Origin: Tubulanus polymorphus
Taxonomy: Eukaryota; Animalia; Nemertea
Reading direction: 5' to 3'
Length of the DNA: 64,000 nt
NCBI RefSeq assembly: GCF_964204645.1
Contig: NC_134032.1
Coordinates: forward strand, 14,806,275 to 14,870,274
Positions 1 through 13,000 of the stretch are shown in pieces; within the stretch, counting starts at the first letter, position 1, and every line of letters begins with the position of its first letter. Below the pieces are notes generated by a model. That model had not been told where the DNA came from. It saw nothing but the letters and a program-made list of their open reading frames with translations, and made no database searches. The position numbers and the translations under genes were made by a program.

Positions 1-245
1 AGCAGTGGCTGCCTTACAGAACAGAATTAGATTATGATGATTCCGAAAATGAATGACACTATCGTAACCCAGTTCCCCGTAACCCGGTCTTTTTGTACTT
101 GGGACAAAATTTGTCCAATTTGAGAATTATATCCAAGCTCTATATTTTTTATCATGCGTTATTTGTGGGTTTAGGAAAAGTTTTTTACTTGAAAATGCAT
201 CTCATCGACCGACAAAACCATCAAGAACTGACACTGTTGGATGAT

Positions 246-1114
246 GAGACTCCGCTCAAGTCGGATCTTTTGACTAGAGAGTGATATCTGAGTTGGATGG
301 TACAGTAGACTCCGCTCAAGTCGGATCTTTTGACTTGAAAGTGATATCTGAGTTGGATGGTACAGTAGACTCCGCTCAAGTCGGATCTTTTGGCTTGAGA
401 GTGATATCTGAGTTGGATGGTACAGTAGACTCCGCTCAAGTCAGATCTTTTGACTTGAAAGTGATAGGCCTATCTGAGTTGGATGGTACAGTAGACTCCG
501 CTCAAGTCGGATCTTTTGACTAGAGAGTGATATCTGAGTTGGATGATACAGTAGACTCCGCTCAAGTCTGATCTTTTGGCTTGAGAGTGATATCTGAGTT
601 GGATGGTACAGTAGACTCCGCTCAAGTCTGATCTTTTGGCTTGAGAGTGATATCTGAGTTGGATGGTACAGTAGACTCCGCTCAAGTCAGATCTTTTGAC
701 TTGAGAGTGATATCTGAGTTGGATGGTACATTAGACTCCGCTCAAGTCGGATCTTTTGACTTGAGAGTGATATCTGAGTTGGACGGTACAGTAGATTCTG
801 CTCAAATCAGATCTTTTGACTTGAGAGTGATATCTGAGTTGGATGGTACAGTAGACTCCACTCAAGTCGGATCTTTTGACTTGAAAGTGATATCTGAGTT
901 GGATGGTACAGTAAACTCCGCTCAAGTCAGATCTTATGACTTGAGAGTGATATCCGAGTTGGATGATACATTAGACTCAACTCAAGTCTGATCTTTTGAC
1001 TAGAGAGTGATATCTGAGTTGGATGGTACAATAGACTCTGTTCAAGTCTGATCTTTTGACTTGAGAGTGATATCTGAGTAGGATGGTACAGTAGACTCCG
1101 CTCAAGTCGGATCA
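246..1114. repeat. 60-bp minisatellite, ~14 copies
   Basis: Unit agactccgctcaagtcggatcttttgacttgagagtgatatctgagttggatggtacagt. Confidence 0.95.
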
Positions 1115-2559
1115 TTTTAGAACATAAAAGTTCTTTTTCTATAATCCTGTCATCAGATTTTGAATACTAGTTCAGCATCAACAGTTATGTCTGTTAGATT
1201 TGAATCTGAATGGTTGATTTTTGAATTTATGGACGTCCCTAGGAGTTAATTCGGTCGTGGATTTTTTTTACCATAATGTTCATCATTGTTTATTCGAAAT
1301 AAAAAAAAAAAAATGCAGATGTCATGCAAATCAAAGAATTATTTTACCCTGGGTCTACAAATGAACCCGGGTTTTTTTTTTATACCAGGGTATAAGTCAC
1401 GTCCAATAAAACATGTTCAATAATTCATGTGAAAAACTAGATTATCATGTGAACCATATTGCAAAGAGAATTGGAAATCTCCTATGAAACACTGCAGGTA
1501 TGGATCGGTATAGGCTAGTGAAATGTGAGGTATATTGCTAAGTCATAATAATTACAGTTCAATTAACTGGAATGAAGTCAGGTAATACCATACACCGAGC
1601 GAGAATCACTCTCCTCCTCACGAACTCTGTGTACCTCCTCGCGAACTACTTGTTCCTCGCAAACTCCTTGTTCCTCGCGAACTCCCTGCTCCTCCTCCAC
1701 ATGCACTCCCTGCACTTCTCTCCCCTCCCTATGAACTGTTGATGCTCTTCTATGTAGATTTTATCTAATAATCATCGTGTTTTTCATTTGACACAAGTTC
1801 ATTGATTTTTCTCTTCACTCTGATTTTCTGATTCATATATCATCATCACGCTCTCCCTCTCCCTGTCCCTCTCCCTCTCCCCTCTCCCTCTCCCTGTCCC
1901 TCTCCCCGTCTCCCCCCTCTCCTCCCTCTCCTCTCCCCTCTCCCCCCAATTTCAACCAACTTAAGACTAATTAATTAGGTTTATTAGAAACATGGCAGAC
2001 TAATTGATTTAGATTCTATTAAGTAGTGTTTTAATTGGAATAATTACTTCAGCTATGTCCCTACAACTACTCAATTTAACCAGTGTTAATTAGGTTAGAT
2101 TTCATCAGTGAGCTACTACAGCAGCAATCCACTAGGTGGCACTAGTGTGGTTATGATGATAATTTACTAAAAGTTGAGATGGGACGCTTGTCCTGTTTTT
2201 ATCTATACCCGGCTGCTTGTATTGCGTTAATCCTGTTTTTATCTACATCCGTGACTGTGCGTCGTCGTACGGCGAACGCAGCCCGCCACATCGCCGCCAG
2301 TTTCTAGCCGCTTAGTTACCATGGAAACGATTAAAGAACGAGCATCATCTTTATCGTAGTGTTAAATGTAGATGTTTGAAGGGGGTACTTATACAGCGCC
2401 CCCGGGGAGGAGGTCACATCACTCCCCACAGCCTCTCCACCCTCTGGGGGAGGAGGTTAACTGTTGACATCTTTGTCTATCCCACTTTCAAGTAAGTGCT
2501 CTATTAAATATAGACAGCTTGTGATGAGACAAACTTCACAATACATTTCCGCATTCAAG

Positions 2560-2800
2560 TGAGGGCCCAGTTCCGCATTCAAGTGAGGACCCAGTTCCAC
2601 TTTGTGTTCTACTCAATTCCACTTGGTGTTCCACTCAAGTTCCATGTTGTGTTCCACTCAGTTCCACTATGTTCCACTCAGTTCCACTTTGGTTCCACTC
2701 AATTCCACTTTGTGTTCCACTCAGTTTCACTTTGTGTTCCACTCAGTTCCACTTTGTGCTCCACTCAAGTTCCACTTTGTGTTCCACTCAGTTCCACAGT
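2560..2800. repeat. ~22-bp minisatellite (cagttccactttgtgttccact)
   Basis: Direct tandem copies sharing the cagttccac core of the MITE-terminus satellite. Confidence 0.85.
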
Positions 2801-3382
2801 GGGTTAAGTGGATGTAAGATGAGTTCAGTTAGTTCATTGAACTCTCTTTCTCAGTCAATTCTTCCTCCGTGATGTGCATTGAGAATTCTGAACATTTCTG
2901 GCATTCACGTACGCGTGGTTACTACGCCGATTATAAGTGTTAAGTAAGCTTATTACTCGACAATTATCTGGGGGTAGGGGGTAGGAGGAGGGGGTTACAG
3001 GGGGGCTGATATCTTAGATCAACACATTCATTTTCGATTAGCGAACAATTCGTTATAATTACAAACAAATGCTTCGCAACAAAGAACAGTTTATCAAAGT
3101 CCTGGGTTCATTGCGGTTCTGAAATGGGAAAAGTCGATATGGAATGGGTTCTAAGATCCTTAAATCATTGTCACGGTCCTTGAATGGCATCACCTCGCAA
3201 CATGGGATTACAATTTAAAGCTTCTGGTCATGTATCATCGTGGAGAACAGTAAATACTATAGATCGATGTATTGTTAGGTCTATTAACACTAGTCTGATG
3301 GATTCAACCCGATCTAAATCGGAAATTTTATGAAATATAAAGAGAAGCCTTGATATCGGGAGTTCTGAAAGTGCTTCAGTTT

Positions 3383-3607
3383 GAATCTGAGGCAAGAATT
3401 TCTTTGAATCTGAGGCAAGAATTTTTTTGAATCTGAGGCAAGAATTTTTTTTAAATCTGAAGCAAGAATCTATTTGAATCTGAGGCAAGAATTTCTTTGA
3501 ATCTGAGGCAGGAATTTTTTTGAATCTGAGGCAAGAATTTCTTTGAATCTGAGGCAGGAATTTTTTTTAATCTGAGGCAAGAATTTTTTTTAATCTGAGG
3601 CAAGAAT
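3383..3607. repeat. ~23-bp minisatellite (gaatctgaggcaagaattttttt)
   Basis: About 10 direct copies. Confidence 0.9.
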
Positions 3608-4539
3608 CAAGAATTAACTACGCGTAAAAATACAACATTCATATATTGAATGACGCCGGACTGTGGGTAGATTAGTTTTTGACGGGCTAAAATACGACAC
3701 AACTAGACAATAAGCGAGTCACGAAGATTGCGTGGATACTTCAATTTGATTGATTAATCGCTCGAATTTGACACCATTGATCCTCCTCCTGCTCCCTTCC
3801 TCCCCTGGCTCCCTTATCCCTTCCTCCCCTGCTCCCTTCCTCCTCCCCCTGCTCCCTTCATCCTCCCCCTGGCTCCCTTCATCCTCCCCATGGCTCCCTC
3901 CTCCCCTCCTGCTCCAGTGATTCATCAGAAAAACCCGGTGCAGCCTGCCCGTATGCGTTACCGTGGTAACTGTTTTATTCGATGACAACAAGTTGAATGT
4001 GTGTGAGTGTGTCTAGTAGCGTCTCGTTGAGTCTCGTACCGCTGGCGTCAGATGCGGAGACGCAATTTTTATAAATTCTCAGAAACGTGATGCACCGAAA
4101 AATAAATAACAACAACTTTTAGGATACGACGACGTTCGTTCGTTTGATGTGAGTTTATCGTTGAGTTATAACTCTTTGACTTGTGAGTACACATTTACAC
4201 CGAGTACGGTCAGTGTTTGTAAACTCTGTCGGCTGCTGCTGATTATCAGGTGAACTATAATAACATTTGATCACAAATCTCAAATCTCAACATTCATCTA
4301 AACGTTTGTGTCTGAATTCGAAGGTAAGACTATCTTGTCCCTTCCCCTGCTTGAATCTCTCCTCTCTCCCTCCCTCCCTCCCTCCCTCCCTCCCTCCCTC
4401 CCTCCCTCCCTCCCTCCCTCCCTCCCTCCCTCCAGTCTCTCTTCTATTCTCTTTGCCTCAGTCTCTCTTCCCTCTATTTCCCTCCTCTCATTTTTCCGCT
4501 CTATTTCTTTTCCTCTCCTTGTCATTTTGTCTGAACAGT

Positions 4540-5200
4540 AATTGTGAGTCTGACCAGTGATTGTGAGTGACTGGTGATTGTGAGTGACCGGTGATTGTAA
4601 GTCTGACAGAAGACTGTAAATCTTACCAGTGATTGTGAGTCACCAGTGATTGTACAGGTGACCTACAATTGTAAGCCTGACTGGTGATATTATATCAGAC
4701 TGGTGATTGTGAGTGACCGGTGATTGTAAGCCTGACCGGTGATTTTATATCTGACCGGTGATTGTATATCTGACCGACAATTGTGAGAGACCGATGATTG
4801 TGAGTGACCATGGTGATTGTATATTTGACCGGTGATTTTAAGTCTGACCGGTGATTTTAAGACTGACCAGTGATTGTGAGTGACCGGTGATTTTATATCT
4901 GACCGGTGATTGTATATCTGACCGACAATTATGAGAGACCGATGATTGTGAGTGACCATGGTGATTGTATATTTGACCGGTGATTTTAAGTCTGACCGGT
5001 GATTTTAAGACTGACCGGTGATTGTGAGTGACCGGTGATTGTGAGTGACCGGTGATTGTATATCTGACCGGTGATTGTATATCTGACCGATGATTGTGAG
5101 AGACCGATGATTTTGAGTGACCATGGTGATTGTATATTTGACCGGTGATTTTAAGACTGACCGGTGATTGTGAGTGACCGGTGATGTATATCTGACCGGG
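4540..5200. repeat. 17-19-bp minisatellite (gaccggtgattgtgagt / tgaccggtgattttatatc)
   Basis: Degenerate tandem copies with higher-order structure. Confidence 0.9.
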
Positions 5201-5496
5201 TAGGCCTAAATCAGAAGATCTATATTAAGGCATCATTATCTCTGCAGTAATATAGGCCTACAATACATAAATACACTTTGCCTCAAGCTCAATTCTTTAT
5301 ACATATATATGTATAATGATTTGTGATGGATGAAATTTGAAGCTAGATCCCTTGAGAGTGTTAGAGCTAGAAGAAGAAAGAGACAAACCCCTGAGGGGGT
5401 GGTCTGATGGCGGATCAGTTATATATTGAATAAACTGTCCGCTGTTGAGATAATATTGTGTATATGTATTGAATCAATGATGAATTGAGACCATTT

Positions 5497-5616
5497 TCCT
5501 CTCTCTTCCTCTCTCTCCTCTCTCTTCTCTCTCCACTCTCTTCCTCTCTCTCTCCTCTCTTCCTCTCTCTCTCTCCCTCCCTCTCTCTCTCTCTCTCCAC
5601 TCTCTTCCTCTCTCTC

Positions 5617-5686
<70 letters not shown>

Positions 5687-5765
5687 TCTCCCTCTCTCTC
5701 TTCCTCTCTCTCTCTCTCTCTCTCTCTCCACTCTCTTCCTCTCTCTCCCTCTCTCCCTCTCTCTC

Positions 5766-5799
<34 letters not shown>

Positions 5800-5865
5800 C
5801 TCTCTTCCTCTCTCTCCCTCTCTCCCCTCTCTCTCTCCCTCTCTCTCTCTCTCTCCACTCTCTTC

Positions 5866-5911
<46 letters not shown>

Positions 5912-5986
5912 CTCTCTTCCTCTCTCTCTCCTCTCTCTTCCTCTCTCTCCACTCTCTTCCTCTCTCTCCCTCTCTCTCTCTCTCTC

Positions 5987-6026
<40 letters not shown>

Positions 6027-6204
6027 CTCTCTTCCTCTCTCTCTCCTCTCTTCCTCTCTCTCCCTCTCTCCCTCTCTCTCTCTCTCCCTCCCTCCCTCCC
6101 TCCCTCCCTCCCTCTCTCTCTTCCTCCCCCCTCTCTCTCTCCCTCCCTCTCTCTCTCTCTCTCTCCTCTCCTCTCTCTCCCTCTCTCCCTCTCTCCCTCT
6201 CTCC

Positions 6205-6247
<43 letters not shown>
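5497..6247. repeat. (CT)n-rich microsatellite / polypyrimidine tract
   Basis: ~750 bp of almost pure C/T. Confidence 0.95.
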
Positions 6248-6250
<3 letters not shown>

Positions 6251-7062
6251 ATCTGTCTATATCTGTTATTTGAGACTTTATAGAGAGGGGAAGGGACGGG
6301 ATAGATAGAGAGAGGGAGGGATAGGAGAGAGAAGGGGAGGGGAAGAATAATAGACTGATGATATAAACCCCAGATAAGAATGAAAAATATAGTGCGTCAT
6401 GATTCCTCGAGCTAGGTAGTTTTTTTCAACATTTCAACTATATCGCAATAGTTTTCTTGAAGATGACTATTAGATAATTTTTTTAAACTACATTTCAGAC
6501 TTTTTTTCATTCTTAAGATGGGATTTTATCCTTTTTATTCGTTATAACAACCGGTGTTTTTTTTTTATCAATGGTTAACTGGAAGTAGATCGTCGTGTTA
6601 CAACAATGGTTAACTAGTAGATTGATATCGTGGTGATTTGTAACCACGATGACAGCGCAACTACGAACGTGCTCTGTTTTATAAGGCGTTCACTTCTAAT
6701 TTGTACGGATTATGTTGTGACAACATTTTCTTATCAGTGTCGGGAGAAGCAGGAGTAGCAGCAGCAGCAGCAGCAGCAGCAGCGCGGGTATCTACCGATC
6801 TTCCCTCTAGAATATGAACAAAAACCTGATCTATTTCTTATTAGATCCTGCATTTCTCATAGTGATTAACCAGCTATCAGTATTGCGGAACCACCCGTAT
6901 AACCTCTGGAGCATCCCCTTCAGACATTTAAGTAGGGTCCAGGTTGGGAGGTTTTGCGGGCTCTAGGCTGGTGGAGGGGTAGTTAATAATACAGTATCTA
7001 TGTTGTTATCGTTGTAGGTGTCACTATTCAGCGTTGTTATGTGTGAATAAAAAGTGTCAGGA

Positions 7063-10000
7063 ATGATTCAGAATGAGTTCAGTACAATGGATGACACTAA
7101 TGATAAACCCCACCAACATCAACAGCACAGACCTCCATCAGCGGCGAGAACCAGTCGGAGTCCTCCCTCACCACCAACAGCAGCAGCAGGAGGGACTGCT
7201 CCATCAGCAGGAAGGAGTCATCCTGATTTAGACGAACCCGCCGCGAAGTTGCGATTATTTGAGGATAGCTCCGTTAGCAGACGACAGTCCGATGTATCGT
7301 TCCTCCCTCCGCCTCCCACCGCTTCATCGTCCACGCACGATATCGCTATCTGTTGCCACGGAGATGCTGGTTGTTTCCACGGTAACGACGATCGATTCGG
7401 CGATTACGCGGTAGGTGGCGCCGCGGATTCGGCGGGTGGCGCCGGTATGGAACCGGAGATCGCCGATATGCAGCGGGATTGCGGTATCGGTCTGTGGCGT
7501 CCCGAGTGTCTCCAACGCTGCGCGAATATCAAATGTTTTATTCTCGTGATCTCGATATTATCGATGTTATCGGGTATGTTATCGACCGGTTATTTAAACA
7601 GCGTCATAACGACGATCGAGAAACGTTTCGAGATCGGCAGTTCGATATCGGGATTGATAGCCGCGTCGTACGAGTTCGGCTCGTTGGTCGCCGTCGTGTT
7701 CGTTAGTTACCTCGGAGGACGACGACACATCCCGCTGTGGCTCGGTCTCGGAGTCGTGTTCATGGCGATCGGAGCGATGATGTTCTCGTTGCCGCACATT
7801 ATCGCCGAGACCTACACCGTGCGCGGCGGTATCTCCAACAAAACCGACGACGACGACATGTGTCGCGCGCATCACGCTATAGGTGGCGCCGCGGCTGACG
7901 GAGATAAATACGGACTGTACTCGGATGAACAGTGCATCGCGGAGAATTCCGGAAACGCAGTCCACGTGTTTTTACTGATTTTAGCTCAGATTCTGTTAGG
8001 AACGGGAGGAACCCCGATTTATACGCTCGGCACTACGTATATAGATAATCATATAGCTAAAGAGAGGGCGCCGGCGTATATCGGTATGTATTGACACTCG
8101 CTACTCATAGGAAAACTTGTTTAACAAGCAAAAACTGAATATTGAAATGTAATTTTAAGATGAATTTTCAATACTCTAATTATAAAACGTATATCTCCGA
8201 AATCCACTGTTCTGGACTCAGTTTCACAGTTCTGAACCCAGTCCCGCAGTTCTGGATCCAATTTCACAATTCTGGACTCACTGTTGAACTATAACTGTGG
8301 AACTGGAACCGGAACTGAATAGCCTACATGTAACTGGGTCTAGAACATGTAACTGGGTCTAGAACTATGGAACTGGGTCTTGAACTATGGAACTGGATCC
8401 AGAACTGCGGAACTGGATCCAGAACTATGGAACTGGACCCAGAACTGAGGAACTGGGTCTAGGAACTGAATAACTGGGTCTAGGAACTGAATAACTGGGT
8501 CTAGAACTGCAGAACTTGGTTCAGTAACTGTGGAACTGAATTCTGAACTGTGGAACTGGATCTAGAACTGTGGAACTATAGATGAGTGTATGATGTATGT
8601 TTTTATATATTTGTAGCGTTTATGTACGCGACTGGAGCGCTAGGACCGGTGTTAGGGTTTGCGTTGGGAGCGTTAATGTTACAGTTCTACGTCGATTCGT
8701 TTGTTTACGATTACACGCAATTAAACATTCAACCTCTTCATCCTCGTTGGGTCGGCTGCTGGTGGGGCGGTTTCATCATCTGCGGTCTGTTGTTATTGGT
8801 TACGTCGACGCCGTTTTTCGCGTTCCCGAAAGTGTTGCAATGCGAGAAAGATAAACTGATGAAGGAACGCGTTTCGACCGAGGAGAATCTCTCCGTTCAC
8901 GAGTTAGAACGTCGTATGAACTACGGCAAAACGATTAAAGGTAATTCAATTCATTGCTGTTCTTCAAACATTCCTTTACATTCCATTTTGTCCAAAACAT
9001 TACTCAACATTCCTTTAGAATGTCTATTGTGTTCTAAAACATTCCTTTGGAATGTCCATTGTGTCGTGAAACATTACTCAACATTCCTTTAGAATGTCTA
9101 TTGTGTTCCAAAACATTCCTTTGAATGTCCATTCTGTCGCAAAACATTACTCAACATTCCTTTAGAATGTCTATTGTGTTCCAAAACATTCCTTTGAATG
9201 TCCATTGTGTCGTGAAACATTACTCAACATTCCTTTAGAATGTCTATTGTGTTCCAAAACATTCCTTTGAATGTCCATTGTGTCGCAAAACATTACTCAA
9301 CATTCCTTTAGAATGTCTATTGTGTTCTAAAACATTCCTTTGGAATGTCCATTGTGTCGCAAAACATTACTCAACATTCCTTAAGAATGTCTATTGTGTT
9401 CCAAAACATTCCTTTGAATGTTCATTTTATCCAAAACATTCCCGTTGAGTCATTCGTTTCTCGATATTTCACAGATATCCCGCAGTCAGTTTATCGTCTG
9501 TTGAGGAATCCCGTTTATTTAATCACGACTCTCGGAATCTGCTGTGAAGTTTCGATCGCCAGTGGTTTCGTCGTTTTCCTGCCGAAGTATCTCGAGACAC
9601 AGTTCGGAATCTCGAATTCTTTGGCTAATTTGCTCACAGGTAAATAGTTCACCGATTCATACAAAAAATATCGATTATCGATTTGAAATGGTCTTCGTTT
9701 CGATTTAATTTCTAACATATTTTTTCGTTGATTGTGTTTCAGGGTTGATAGCTATTCCAGGTGCTGTTGTTGGAATTATGATTGGCGGGCTGGTACTGAA
9801 CAAATTCCAACTGGGTCCTAAAGGTATGAACTATATAATACACTGCTATAGTGAAACAGTCCCTTAAGTCATCATCATAGCTTAAGTCGTCGCGTTACTG
9901 CAGTCGTGTCTATTTTCGAGACCCAATTTGTGCCGGTATTAACAATTCAATTTATCAAGAGATAACTGATCAGTCATGGTTAACATGTCTAATTATCTCT

Positions 10001-13000
10001 GCAGTTAGCTCAGTTGGTTAAGTGGAGGACTTGTAACTAAGAGGTCCCTAATTCAAAACCACCTCTGGTGTTGGCTGTTGGCTGTTGAGACACATACATT
10101 GACTAATCTCTGCTAATTTAGTCCGGTTGTGAGCCATAACAACATTTAAAAAGGCTCTGGGGCCAGTTGCTCAAAAGTTGGTTAGAGTTAACCTGTGGAT
10201 AGTTGAGATAGTGACAATTAAAAGTTCATTGTTACTATGGTATTTATCTGCTGGTTATCTTTAACCAACTTTTGAGCAACCGGCCCCTGGCCGTCTCTTA
10301 AGACCCGCTAGGGTTACACTGTTACTTGCAGTTGAGACGTAAAACTCTTCTTAACTAATATTTTAACTAGTATTGTTTTGTTATATTTCAGGTGGTATAC
10401 AGTTAACATTACTGTTGAATGTACTCTATTTGTTATATTTCAGGTGGTATACAGTTAACATTACTGTTGAATGTACTCTCTTTGTTATATTTCAGGTGGT
10501 ATACTGTTAACATTACTGTTGAATGTACTCTATTTGTTATATTTCAGGTGGTATACAGTTAACGTTACTGTTGAATGTACTCTATTTGTTATATTTCAGG
10601 TGGTATACTGTTAACATTACTGTTGAATGTACTCTCTTTGTTATATTTCAGGTGGTATACAGTTAACATTACTGTTGAATGTACTCTCTTTGTTATATTT
10701 CAGGTGGTATACAGTTAACATTACTGTTGAATGTACTCTCTTTGTTATATTTCAGGTGGTATACTGTTAACATTACTGTTGAATGTACTCTATTTGTTAT
10801 ATTATAGGTGGTATACAGTTAACATTACTGTTGAATGTACTCTCTTTGTTATATTTCAGGTGGTATACTGTTAACATTACTGTTGAATGTACTCTATTTG
10901 TTATATTTCAGGTGGTATACAGTTAACATTACTGTTGAATGTACTCTCTTTGTTATATTTCAGGTGGTATACAGTTAACATTACTGTTGAATGTACTCTA
11001 TTTGTTATATTTCAGGTGGTATACAGTTAACATTACTGTTGAATGTACTCTCTTTGTTATATTTCAGGTGGCATACAGTTAACATTACTGTTGAATGTAC
11101 TCTATTTGTTATATTTCAGGTGGTATACAGTTAACATTACTGTTGAATGTACTCTATTTGTTATATTTCAGGTGGTATACAGTTAACGTTACTGTTGAAT
11201 GTACTCTATTTGTTATATTTCAGGTGGTATACAGTTAACGTTACTGTTGAATGTACTCTCTTTGTTATATTTCAGGTGGTATACAGTTAACGTTACTGTT
11301 GAATGTACTATCTTTGATGGGTTTCTCTGTATTATTTTTCCTCGGATGTGATAACATGAAACTTGCCGGCGCTACGTTACCGTACTACAATAGGTAAGAG
11401 TGGCTGATGGACTGGAGCGAGATGCAGAGAGAGAATGGGGAATGGGAGTGGAGAAGGGCAGATTGAGAACGGAATGGAGGGGGTTTCTTGTCCACGTATT
11501 AATATAATCCCACATTGCTAAGAATGAAAAAAGTCGGAAATGTTTCCTTGAGCTGATATTCATTGAGAAAGGGGAGAGAGAGAAGGGAAGGGAGAGAGAA
11601 GGGAAGGGAGGAAGAGAGATGAGGGGACTGAGGGAGAGAGAAGGGAAGGGAGAGAGAGAGACAAGGGGACTGAGGGAGAGAGAAGGGAAGGGATGGAGAG
11701 AGACAAGGGGACTGAGGGAGAGAGAAGGGAAGGGAGGTAGAGAGAGACAAGGGGACTGAGGGCGAGAAAAGGGAAGGGATGGAGAGAGACAAGGGGACTG
11801 AGGGAGAGAGAAGGGAAGGGAGGGAGAGAGACAAGGGGACTGAGGGAGAGAGAAGGGAAGGGAGGGAGAGAGACAAGAGGACTGAGGGAGAGAGAAGAGA
11901 AGGGAGGGAGAGAGAAGAGAAGGGAGGGAGAGAGACAAGGGGACTGAGGGAGAGAGAAGGGAAGGGAGGGAGAGAGGCAAGGGGACTGAGGGAGAGAGAA
12001 GGGAAGGGAGGAAGAGAGAGACAAGGGGACTGAGGGAGAGAGAAGTGATGGAGAGAGACAAGGGGACTGAGGGAGAGAGAAGGGAAGGGAGGGAGAAGGG
12101 AAGGGAGGAAGAGAGAGACAAGGGGACTGAGGGAGAGAGAAGGGAAGGAGAGAGACAAGGGGACTGAGGGAGAGAGAAGGGAAGGGTAGGCAGGGAGGAG
12201 GGGATGGAAGAATTTGAGTAATGAAAGCGTGTTGTTAATATTTTCAGCTCAGGACATGTAATAGAGGCGGCTAATTTAACGGCAATGTGTAATTTAGACT
12301 GTGATTGTTCACCGAACCAGGTGTCGCTAGTGTGCGGTGTTAATAGTATTACGTACTTCTCTCCGTGCTACGCTGGCTGTACGAATTTCTACAACGCTCC
12401 GATCATAGAGGGCGTCACTTATCCTGTTAATAAAGTAAGTTTCTGCAGATGTGGTAACTTAAAATCTTCAGTGTTATTTTATAGAATTTATGGAATAATT
12501 TTTCCCAAAATGGCTGTAAAGCGCTATTGTAACAGGAAGAAATATCTGTCCTTCCCGAGGTTCGAACTCTCGATGCCTGGCGTCCAAGGCAGACGCTCTA
12601 CCGCTGAGCTAAAGAGAATATTCCCCTGTCACACTATTACAATTAGTTAAATAGTTATAAGATTGATAAATTAATCAAAATATCCGAAGATTTGTTTTAA
12701 ACCATTGCTGTGACTGAAAATTTTGCTGTTGTCATTAGTAACCGCTCTCAACAGTGGTAATTGTTCAGATATTTGAATTGTCGTCTGTCGTCGTGTTTCA
12801 GAATTATAGCGATTGTTCGTGTATTTTACCCGACGATTCAACAATGTCAGCGGCGCCGGTATTCATGGCGCCGATAGCGACTAGCGGACCGTGTTTGAAT
12901 TCTTGCGGCACGTTATTACCATTTATGATCACGTTGTTCGTCATGACGTTCATGGTCGCCGGCACACAGATGCCTCTGATAATGGTCACGCTCAGATCGG

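Noticed and set aside
5415-6273. Long ER/SL-rich ORFs
   Set aside because: Translations of the (CT)n microsatellite.
11372-12158. Ser/Leu/Pro-rich minus-strand ORFs (also 33344-34050, 52449-52646, 62992-63531)
   Set aside because: Repeat-derived or antisense shadows of real exons.
12547-12618. Functional tRNA gene
   Set aside because: A and B boxes are present but the stems are mismatched; more consistent with a SINE head.
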